From assembly GCA_030390025.1 (NCBI GenBank), contig CM059432.1:86306001-86370000 (forward strand): 64,000 bases of DNA, read 5' to 3'. Position numbers and translations under genes: made by a program. Below, in pieces: positions 51,186-61,700 of the stretch; position 1 is the stretch's first letter; each line of letters starts with the position of its first letter. The stretch is from Squalus acanthias (lineage: Eukaryota). Under the pieces are notes generated by a model. It was not told the DNA's origin, did no database searches, and saw only the letters and a list, made by a program, of their open reading frames with translations.

Positions 51186-51520
51186 TGTACATTTGCTTGT
51201 ACTCCTTGTGGTAACTCTCTGCTCTCTTGTAGATTTTAGATAGAGAGAGAAGAGAGTGTATCTTTGCTTAAAATGTAATAAAAATACACATGATTTACAT
51301 TGTGCTCCACTTTAGAACAAAATAATCAAATCAATCCAGTTATAATAATCCATTCTCCCCCTACCTTAGGAAAAAGAAACAGTGCTACAAAAAAAAAAGG
51401 ATTTGGAAAACTGCTGAAGGTATATATGTGTAAAAACAGTAACATTTATTACCATTTTACAGCCATAAATAAAGCCTCACTTAGTGTCCAACTACTGCAT
51501 TTATTGTCATTTACTACACA
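51186..51520 (-). repeat. Diverged intragenic copy of RPL7 intron 2 3' end + 5' part of exon 3
   Basis: Colinear with 56279-56612 (e.g. TGTACATTTGCTTGTACTCCTTGTGGTAA, CTCCACTTTAGAA, ACAGCCATAAATAAA, ACTTAGTGTCCAAC). Confidence 0.9.
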
Positions 51521-52934
51521 GATCAACGCATCATGGCCCCTGCACAAAATAATAAGTTTGTACCATTTTTTAGAACAAACTTCAGAGTCTGGCAAAGGAT
51601 GTCCAACTGAAATGTTAGTCCGCCTTTACAGATGTTGATGGAGCTATTATTTTTTTTAAACAAATTCAGGAATTTATCCAATAACTGCAATGATGCAAGT
51701 TGTGTTGTAAACAGACGGAGTTGTGGCTTTGAAGTGAGACTTGTCTGTACCATTACCCTAGGATCTGACAATCCAGTGATTGGGGATGACAATCCCGTCC
51801 CAGAGACAAAATCTAACCAGCCCAACATCAAGCAGACAAACCGCTGGAAAGTTCTCCCCCTCCCTCTATTAAAAGAACCAGGGACCCAGTAACTGACTTC
51901 AGGTTGCTACCCTAAGCTAGTTATAAAATGCACCTTGGTTCCAGACAATCACCGCTCAACACGATTGCGCTGCGGCAACCCTGTTTCTTTATTTAAACTC
52001 TCAGACTGCTGAAACATCACTGATTCCATTCCCATAAACCGTTGGTTATGGAATATTATTTGGGTTCCTTTGCTGCTCATTTATTACCTGCCCACTCAGG
52101 CAAGATTATCAATGAAAAATGTTTATATGGCATGCTACATCTTCTCAGTTGGCGACTGTGTTTCCCAGCATCACTACTTTTAGTCGGCAATACGTGAAGA
52201 GTCAGTGCTAGATTTTTTTTCCTGACCACCAAGTGTACTGCAAGTTACCAGGTGGTTTTACTGTCAATTACACTGGGCTCACTGACATACTCCTTTATAA
52301 TATGCACGCACGGCAACTTGTAAAAGGAAACGGGATTACTTCTGACGACTTTAAAGTGGAAATATAACCAAAAGGTTTACTATCACATAGCCAAGTCAAA
52401 AGGTAATGTCTGACCTAATTAGATACTCTAAGTCTTTCAAGGGGTCAACTTTGCATCAAATTTTACTTCCTGGTATTCATAGAGAAGGAACAGAATGACC
52501 ATAACATCACCCATTTCCCAGCAAATTCAAATCAATCCCCATTAGGAGCCCGATGAGTGAAATATGTGACAGCAAGACCAAGTGATAACCTTTTCCACAC
52601 TTAGGCAGTGGAAAATGCAGTGAGCTTGAGAAACAGTTTCAGTTGCGAGAGTCAACACTGTTTCTTGCAAGCCGAGAGCCAGGACATGCACATTTTTTTT
52701 TGGTGTGTTTTGATTCGCAAGCCCTTATTCTTGCAAAATATACTCTTTACGAAAATTTCCAGTTTTACAACACTGCATAGATAAAGCTGACAACTCCCCA
52801 CCAAACAACTTCTTTCTCTCCTGAAAGTTGTGGTACCCTGCTTTATGCTGCAAACTACAAAGAACACTCCACATATTGAAAATGCCAACGGCAGAATTTT
52901 AATTTCTACACGACCCCAACAACAATCCGAGCAA

Positions 52935-53643
52935 AGAGATCATGGGGTAGATACACAAATCACTAAAAGTAGCAATGCAGGTTAATAAGCCCATAAAAAA
53001 GCAAACAAATCACTGGGGTTCATTTCCAGAGGGATAGAATTGAAAAACAGAGAAGTTATGTTAAACTTGCATAAAACCTTGGTTAGACCACACTTCTGAG
53101 TACTGTGCACAGTTCTGGTCGCCATATTATAGAAAGGGTACAGAGGCATTGGGGAAGGTAAAAAAAAGATTTACAAGGATAATACCAGTACTGAGAGGTT
53201 ATACTTATCAGGAAAGCCTGAACAGATGGGGGCTCTATTCTTCAGAAAAGAGCAGGCTGAGGAGTGACCTAATAAAGGTCTTTAAAATTATGAAGGGATT
53301 TGATAGGCAAGATGTAGAGAAAATGTTCCCACTTGCGGGGAGACCAAAACTCAGGGAAATATAAGATAGTCACCAATAAATTCAATAGGGAATTCAGGAG
53401 AAACTTCTTTACCCAAAGCGTGGTAAGAATGTGGAACTCGCTACCATAAAAAGTAGTTGAAGTGAATAGCATAGATGAATTTAAGCGGAAGCTAGATAAG
53501 CACAAGAGGAGGAAAGGTATAGAAGTATATGCTGATGGGGTTAGATGAAGTGGGGTGGGAGAAAGCGTGTGTGGAGCATAATCGCCAGCATAGACCAGCT
53601 AGGCCAAATGGCCTGTTTCTGCACTGTAAATTTTATGTAATTC
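52935..53643 (+). mobile_element. CR1 3' fragment in RPL7 intron 5
   Basis: RFTRIIPVLRGYTYQESLNRWGLYSSEKSRLRSDLIKVFKIMKG. Confidence 0.85.
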
Positions 53644-54054
53644 TCCCCCCAGCAATCACTGGGAGCACAGCATTTCTAAAAGAGTATCTCAAAAGGCCAA
53701 CAGTCCACATGGTAGCCTGGATAAATAGCACACATTAGGGATACTAGCTTGCAGCAAAGTGGTATTATGAATTGACTCTTGACTTGTCTCTGTGAAACGT
53801 ATCATTAGCATACAAAAGAGAGAGAAATAGCCAAGTGGAACCAATCCACAATCTCCCAATAGCACTTCCAAAGGCTTGTGTATAAATCCTCTAACTACCT
53901 CCTTGGTTGAGGAAATCACGTGAGCTAGTGTAGTACTGTAGTAAGAATATCAGAAAGATGAAGTGCTATAATGAAAAAAGAATTGCTCAATTTGTAAAAT
54001 TCTAACACATATTATCAAGCTAACCCAGTACCATCTAAATGAAAAGAACCTTAC

Positions 54055-54164
54055 CAAGCTGCTTTTCAATCAGGACATTGTCAGTGAGAGCAATGCGCTG
54101 ATGTTTGATCTTGCCGAAGCCACGTTTGTAAATCAATTCACGGACAGACTTTAGGTTTGGATAT
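54055..54164 (-). CDS. RPL7: RPL7 coding exon 5
   Basis: [36 protein letters not shown]; ag/gt boundaries; 110 nt. Confidence 0.97.
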
Positions 54165-54409
54165 CTAAAAAATTAAAAGGGCAAGCATTAATGTTGGTTT
54201 AAAAACATCTCCCTTCTCCTGGTTAAACTCCCAATGTACATATTAACAAGTTGTATGTATGTTTTGCTGGTTTCTCTTGTTAATCAAGCTAGAGCAGAAC
54301 TTCCAAACAAAATGTAATTGGGAGATTTCCCCCAGTGGTTCAGTATATAGCAGGTTTTAGCCAGGGAAAGACGGAGAGGAAAGGAGAGCAAGAAAAAGAG
54401 AGCAAGTGA

Positions 54410-55285
54410 AAACATGCATTTACATAGTGCTTTTAACAACCCCAGGACCTCCCAAAGTGCTTCATATCAATTAAGTACTTTTGAAGTTTGACCAGTATTG
54501 TAATGAAGGGAAAACGCGGTAGCTAATTTGCATATAGGAAGGTCACATAAACAGCAGTGAGATTAACAACAGATAATCAATTTAGTGATGCTGGTTGAGG
54601 GATAAATATTGGACAGGACAGAACACCAGGGGCTCCCTTGCTGTTCTCCGAATAGTGCCATGGTATTTTTGAAATATACCAGAGAGGTAGAATGTCTCAA
54701 TTGAAAGAAACATAGAAACATAGAATCTAGGAGCAGGAGTAGGCCATTCGGCCCGTCGAGCCTGCTCCACCATTCAATACGATCATGGCTGATCATTCAA
54801 ATCCAGTACCCTGTCCCTGCTTTAATCCCCACAGTACACATATCCCACCCTAGCCCCGTCACCCCGCGTATTTAATTCCCCCTAACATATCCCATCCTAT
54901 CCCCATAACCCCACATATTTAATCCCCCCCCCGCTAACACTAAGGGTCAATTTATCATAGCCAAATCAACCTAACCCGCACATTTTTGGACTGTGGGAGG
55001 AAACCGGAGCACCCGGAGGAAACCCACGCAGACACGGGGAGAATGTGCAAACTCCACACAGACAGTCACCCGAGGTCAGATTCGAACCCGGGTCTCTGGC
55101 GCTGTGAGGCACCAGTGCTAACCACTATGCCACCGTGTTGCCCTTGATCACCTCCCGACAATGCAGCAGTCCCTCGGTACAGCATTAAAATATATGAGCC
55201 TGGATTGTGTGTTTGGGTCACAATGGGGCTTGAACCTTTAACTCAAGAGGCAAGAGTGCCACCACTGAGCCATGGCTGACACCTA
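54410..55285 (-). mobile_element. DeuSINE (SacSINE1-like), interrupted by an HE1 SINE
   Basis: tRNA-like head at ~55285, Deu-domain-like ATGGCACTATT...CCAATATTTATCCCTCAACCA, L2-type tail. Confidence 0.7.
54706..55143 (-). mobile_element. HE1-type SINE (V-SINE)
   Basis: Near-identical reverse complement of 14650-15080. Confidence 0.9.
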
Positions 55286-55842
55286 AGACACAAACTAATG
55301 ACCGCCGCACCCTGGGATGGGGGAGGGGGGGGGAATAAACCAGTAAGGGTCCCCATTTCCTGAGTGCTATCCAGCAACCTTCATTTGAAGTGAACATTAA
55401 AAATTTTGGGTGGCAAAAGAATTGGGCGGGGCTATTTGATGACAGTTGAATGACACTCTGGCTTAAGCATAGCCAGATGCCCAAAGTACCAGGGGGCATC
55501 TGATGACATGGAGCCATGCAAGGTGTCAATACCTTCACGAAAGCATTTATTTTAAGAAAAAGGAAATCATTTGTTATTTAGTCATCACAGAATACTAGAA
55601 AATTTCACAATGAAGTGATCAGAAACAGTAACAGAAACAGCAAAAAGGAAATAAAAGTGTTGTTATTTCTAGGCTGCTATCCATGCATATGTCTGCTTTA
55701 GGTATAGTATAGTAAAGCACTAAGATCTTCTTATGCTAACCACATCCATTCAGAAAACATCATACCTGGTTTCACACTGACCGCATATTCAATTTCACCT
55801 TTTAGCGCAAACAAATACAATTTCACCTTTGCTAATTGCTTA

Positions 55843-56004
<162 letters not shown>

Positions 56005-56184
56005 TCAGAGATAGAAATTAGAAAGATAGATACAGTAACATTTTACTTTAAAAGTAGTTATTGTTTATTTGCTTTCAGTTTGTAATGGCTTAAATAAATC
56101 AGGTTAATCTGCAATTTCATTGAGGAGGAAAAAGTTTATTCACCTGTAGCCACAACAAATAAATAACTGTGCATTTACACTTAC

Positions 56185-56351
56185 CCCCTAATACGGATCA
56201 CAAAAGCTAGCCTGGGTTCAGCGGGGACATAATAATTATTAGCTTTGCGTGCCATTCTGGCAAGGCGGATCTCACGTCTGTACATTTGCTTGTACTCCTT
56301 GTGGTAAAACTCAGCTCTCTTGTAGATGAGTTTTCTCTTCTGTCTATTTAT
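56185..56351 (-). CDS. RPL7: RPL7 coding exon 3
   Basis: [56 protein letters not shown]; 167 nt. Confidence 0.97.
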
Positions 56352-57181
56352 CTAAAAAAAAGTATATTTTTGCTTAAAATGTAATGAATACACATGGTTT
56401 ACATTGTCCTCCACTTTAGAATAAAATAATCAAATTGATCCAGTTATATTCATCCATTCTCATTCCCCCCCGCCCCCCAAAAGGACTAGATGTACTGAAG
56501 ACATCCTTGTACAAAAACAAACAGTACCATTTCACATTATCATCTGACAGCCATAAATAAACTAAGACGTACTTAGTGTCCAACAACTGCACTCATCATC
56601 ATTTACTGCACACACCAGAAGTTGTCAAATGTAAAATTTACTTATGTCAAAATTAACCTGATTGACATTTTGCAGACCATGAACTTAGTTACTACATAAC
56701 AGAATTCAAATATTGACCATTTACAATGTCACTGCATTAAAGTGTATCGCACTACCAGGAAGAGGCACTGAAATACTTCTGTAACTACATCGATTCAACA
56801 TCTATACATCTCATTTACTAAGCATGATCACCACTGCGGTTAGCTTAACCCTCTACAATAATGTCATACCTCACAGAGCCCCAGTTTTGGAGCCACATAT
56901 AATCAGATATTCCTTTTAATTATTTTATTGCATTGTGAGGCAGGTAAATAAAAGATTACTCTTGCAAAAAAGATGAAAATTATGGATGACTACAGAAATT
57001 AATTACTGTATTTATGGTTAGGAACATTTAGTTTTTAATAGTTAAGTACATCAGCATAAATGTTTCCACGACTATTATGCAGTGCAAGATATGCGAGGTA
57101 ATTAAACTATAACTTCAAATAGTTGTTAAATATGTATGATTAAAGTACAGATAGTCCTGCAGGACGTAATGTTTCACAAAC

Positions 57182-57284
57182 CTTCTTTTCTACCAACAAA
57201 CGCTTGATGCGTTTGGCCTTCATGACTGCAAACGCCTGGCGCTTTTTCAAAAGGCTTTCAGGAACAGATGGCACCTTCTTCCCT
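57182..57284 (-). CDS. RPL7: RPL7 coding exon 2
   Basis: GKKVPSVPESLLKKRQAFAVMKAKRIKRLLVEKK; 103 nt, ag/gt boundaries. Confidence 0.95.
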
Positions 57285-57840
57285 CTGGTAGGAAAGAAAG
57301 GGTACAGAGATGGAGGTGTTACAGATATTTTACCATACATTATTTCTCTCAATACTAAATATGTACATCTCAGTGCCCTACATTTGATACAGATGTTAAA
57401 CTATGTGTATACGTCCTGATACAGCAGCAATTGAAAGTAGACTAAGCCATACCCGATTTATTTTAGTGCTACCTATGGTAGGCCACAGCCTGGCCGTGAA
57501 GACGATAAACACATATCTATAGCGAATATGCCCGCGGATACAAAATATGTTAAGAAACAAAATATTTCTAAGATCTTGGTTAGTTAATCGCGTCAAGTCA
57601 AGAGCATTTACACTAAGTGAAAGCCTCAACACTGCGCAATGAAGCTTCAGTACACGCAGGGGTTCGGGGCTGGAGGGGCGCATCACCACAACACTGCGCC
57701 CAAACCATTAAACTGCAAACCGATTTGTAGAATACACTGCTAGTTCATCACACGAGAATATCCCGTGAGTGGACAGTGCTAAAAGTTGAGGTTTAAGTGC
57801 GGATGGATTCGGATTTTAATATACTCGATCCCGCACTCAC

Positions 57841-57854
57841 TTCGTGTCCTCCAT
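57841..57854 (-). CDS. RPL7: RPL7 coding exon 1
   Basis: ATGGAGGACACGAA|gtgagt; the six exons sum to 741 nt = 246 aa + stop, in frame. Confidence 0.92.
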
Positions 57855-57867
57855 TGTCACCACCGCC

Positions 57868-57886
57868 GGGGAAAAAAAAGAGGGAG
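57868..57886 (-). promoter_or_regulatory. 5'TOP / TCT initiator of RPL7
   Basis: CTCCCTCTTTTTTTTCCCC immediately upstream of the short 5'UTR. Confidence 0.85.
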
Positions 57887-58180
57887 CAACGCATGCGCGC
57901 AGGACACTTAAGCCCTCGCCGTGGCAGCTGTCCGAACTGTTGCCTGAATCGATGTAGAAGCCACCAGGGGTTTCAAACAGGGAGTCCTTAGTAATATTAG
58001 TCTGTTCCTTTAAATTAACATTTATTATAAAATAAATGAAGACAAATACAATAGGCCGACGATTGTAGCGGGAGCTGAGAGCGCAGAGTCGCCCCCTTGG
58101 TGTTAGGAGGGGCCCTGGGTGGGCCGGGCCGAGCCGGGCAGGTTCCTTATTTAACCAGTGACGCGGAGTGAAGATGCTCA
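57887..58180. promoter_or_regulatory. Divergent RPL7/RDH10 promoter region
   Basis: NRF1-like CGCATGCGC at ~57890, GC-rich tract 58100-58140, TATA-like TATTTAA at 58148-58154 about 30 nt before Inr-like TCAGT (58178). Confidence 0.65.
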
Positions 58181-58337
58181 GTGCCAGGCGGCGGCCGGAG
58201 GGAGGCAGAAAGAGAGCGCAGGACCTAGGACCGGCATCACCACACGGCGGCTCACTCACTCACTCGCTCCCTGTCCGCTCGCACTCCTCGTTTCTGTGCG
58301 GGAAGGGCCGGCCTTCCCTCCCGGCACCAGCCCAGCC

Positions 58338-58787
58338 ATGAATATCGTCGCAGAGTTTTTCGTTGTCACTTTCAAAGTGCTCTGGGCTTTCGTGCTGGCC
58401 GCGGCGAGATGGGTGATCAAGCCCAAGGAGAAGAGCGTGTGCGATCAGGTGTGCCTGATCACGGGAGCGGGCAGCGGGCTCGGCAGGCTCTTCGCGCTGG
58501 AGTTCGCCAAGAGGAAAGCCACCCTGGTGCTGTGGGACATCAACCAGGACAGCAACGAGGAGACGGCCGAGAAGGTCCGGCAGCTGGGCGCTCGAGTCTA
58601 CACTTACACTTGCGACGTGAGTAAAAGGGGCAGCGTTTACAGGACGGCCGACTTGGTGAGGAGGGAGATCGGAGACGTGACGGTGCTGGTCAATAACGCA
58701 GGTGTCGTGTCCGGGCATCATCTCCTCGAGTGTCCGGATGAGCTTATCGAGAGGACCATGATGGTCAACTGCCACGCTCACTTTTGG
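58338..58787 (+). CDS. RDH10: Retinol dehydrogenase 10, first coding exon (gene continues beyond the window)
   Basis: Kozak gcc[28 protein letters not shown]...TGAGSGLG...[33 protein letters not shown]|gtgagt (SDR TGxxxGxG and NNAG motifs). Confidence 0.97.
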
Positions 58788-61700
58788 GTGAGTTTAAGAG
58801 GCCGAGAAAGTTTATATTAAAAGAATTGCTTAACTGTTGTTGACAATCTTGTCCTTTAAAAAAAATTAGTTCTGAGTAAGTGGCACAAATCAGATGCAAG
58901 AATAAATGCATCTTTTCTACTAAACCAAATAGATTATTATTTGCAACCAGTTTGTGTTGTACTCGAAGCAATTCGTGATCCAGGTGTGTTCTGGCTAGCG
59001 ACAGCAGTTTTATAATTTTACCAAGATGCAATGTTGACTGTATTTTGTAGATGCAAATACACTGCATGCTGTACAGATACTTCCAAGTACATGGGTATTG
59101 AGTAGGAAAGGGCACTACAAAATAAAACACTGTACAGCAGCAACATCCCGCTCTGAATGCAGTGTCGATACTAAGCTTCTGTTTTTCTCTTTTGCGGGGA
59201 AAGAAAACTGCAAATCAGACCCGTGGGTATAAACGAACATTGGTGTATACTTCACTATTAATGATTGATATGACCTTGTTTCTGCGCAGCTTTTACTAGC
59301 CGGTATTGTATTTATTGTACCCAAACCGTTTTGATTTTAGTACCTATCCTCGTGATTCATAGCGGTTCCCAGTGATTCTAGGATGCCTTTAGTGAAAGGC
59401 TTCCGGTCCTGAACTACTGCTGAAACCTAAAGTTCAACAAATGCGCATTCGCCCCATAGAAATAGCGATGTCTGCCGCACATAAGAAAAACTTCAAATGA
59501 AGCGGGGTTCAAACGCAAAACTTTTTATACATGTATGGGTTTATATTTATGGAAAAAAATCCCGATTATTAAATTGTACACGAAACTTTGTGCAATTCCA
59601 AGTTTAAAGTTAGTGATTAATGAATACTTTCTGGCTGCGATTAATGGCTGGGCGCATCTTTTAATCAGTCCAAATACCAAACGTTTGAACACAGTAAATG
59701 GGCTTAGTTTTACAGTCCGTTCCTACTTTAAATTAAACAAGTGCAATCCATGCATCCTCTAAAGTAACCGTCCCATTGCTGGTTTCAGCCGGTTTGCCTA
59801 CTTGATGATCCTACTTTCTTAACTGTATTCGAGTTGGGTCATTGCAATTTGTTACCAGAGCATATGCGATTTTTAATAGTGCTTGTAATGTTTCTCCATA
59901 TATCTTGAAAGGACTTGAATCCTCCTCCCAGCGCTATTGAAATTTAAGGTTGTTCTTGACGTGAATCCGTCATCCACTTAATCCTTGAACCATCCGAACT
60001 GTTCGATTTCTACTGTAGGCTTTACTGAGATTGCACAACCGGAGCCGCTGTTAATTGAGATTCCTGGCTGCATCTTATTCCGATCTAGATTTATAATGAG
60101 CGCAATTTTATAAAGGCAGCAACCTTGTAAAGTAACCGTACTTCGTGTTATAGGTTTATTCTAAGATATTGTGAAGACTCCAGGACTATTGGTACGCTCG
60201 CTGTTCTCGGCAACAAACCCAATTCTGGATCTTCAAAAGGAATTGCATCCCGTTTTCAAGTATTTTTGCTTGCGTGTATTTTGGTGTGCATATATCTAAA
60301 ATAAACTTATTGCCTTCCGTTGTATTTAACTTCCCATTCAATGCGCTAACGATGCATTTGAAAAACTATTATAAAAGTGTCTGTTGCAATGTTATCACCT
60401 AGTATAAGTTTCAGTACAAGAAGTCACCTCGACACTTGCATTAAATAATGCATTAGTGTCTTGAACAGGATTAGGTTTGAAACTTCTTTGGAGCTATGAG
60501 GTCTTCCGCGTTTGGTTACAAGCAAAGCGAAGAGTTTGGTCTTTGCAGGGGTCGTTGTCCTCAAACTTAATTCCGTCTATTGAATGACATTTTTTCGTTC
60601 CATACCCTCCCCGTTTTAGTTGAAAAATACTTGGTAATATGAGAACAAATGCAATCGGATTAGTCCCCTTATCCATGGAAGACCTGAGGTTGGACTCGAC
60701 TTTGAATTTGCTGTTTATCCGATTCTTGTGTACATGGGATGTAGCTGACGTTGTCAAGACAACATTGTTGCCCCGAGAAGATGGTGGTGGGCCTTTTTGA
60801 ATTGCTTCAGTCCTCATGATGGCTAATCCATGATTTCAGCCAATTGAGCTGAAAGGCAGTTGGCAACTTGTGACTAGAATGATTGGCAGCATAGCTTGGT
60901 TGAATTTACTCCAGTACTGTTTTGGAGAACCAACTACATTAAAACTGTATGGAAGAGGGATGCTAATATTTTTTATGTACTTCTGGACCCAGACTTGGTT
61001 ATAATTTTCATTAAAGAAAGTAAGTGAAGGGCTAAATCTGCTTGATACTTGATTAGGAGTGCTACATTTCTATTTTTGCAAGTGAATTATTTCTTTCCTC
61101 TTCCCCCTCCCCATTTAAAACCGATGAAGCAATATATTAATTAGTTTGGGATTCCAAAGACACTGCACCTGTAGATGCTGTAAGCATAATGTACATGACT
61201 GACTATGGGGAAGCATCTGTATTCTACAACAACCTCAAACTGAACCCTTAATCCCAAGGTATTCTAGTCTTTTTAAAATAATGACTGTTCCTGGAAGGCC
61301 ACAAATAAGTGGACAGTACTGTGAAACACCTTGAGGTCTGAAATCAATAGCTGATTATTTAAAATCCAATTGAAATTGGGACAGTAAATGCACATCAAAT
61401 CACTTTTTAAAAAAAAAACTAGCTGCACATAGAAGTAATGTAAGCTCAAATGCTTAGCACCAAAAATACAACTTGAATTCACCAATAAAGCAGAAACAAG
61501 AACTGCACCTGTGGAAGCTGAGAAATGTTAGACCACAAAGCTAAACAGCCCCCAAGCATCTTTGGCACTGAAGCATAAGTAAATCAGCGAAAAATACCAG
61601 CCTAATGGCATCAGAGCGCTAAGGATACAGAACAACCTAGCAAACGTGGTATAAAACTTCCTCCGTGCCTCACAGCTGATCAGAAAGTGCTGACCACCCT

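Noticed and set aside
57643..57755. Possible box C/D snoRNA in RPL7 intron 1 (GTGATGA...CTGA on the minus strand)
   Set aside because: No convincing terminal stem or recognisable rRNA guide; such short motifs occur by chance.
58158..58337. N-terminal extension of the 220-aa ORF upstream of the RDH10 Met
   Set aside because: Starts at a GTG codon. The conserved RDH10 N-terminus with good Kozak context is at 58338, so this is 5'UTR/promoter.
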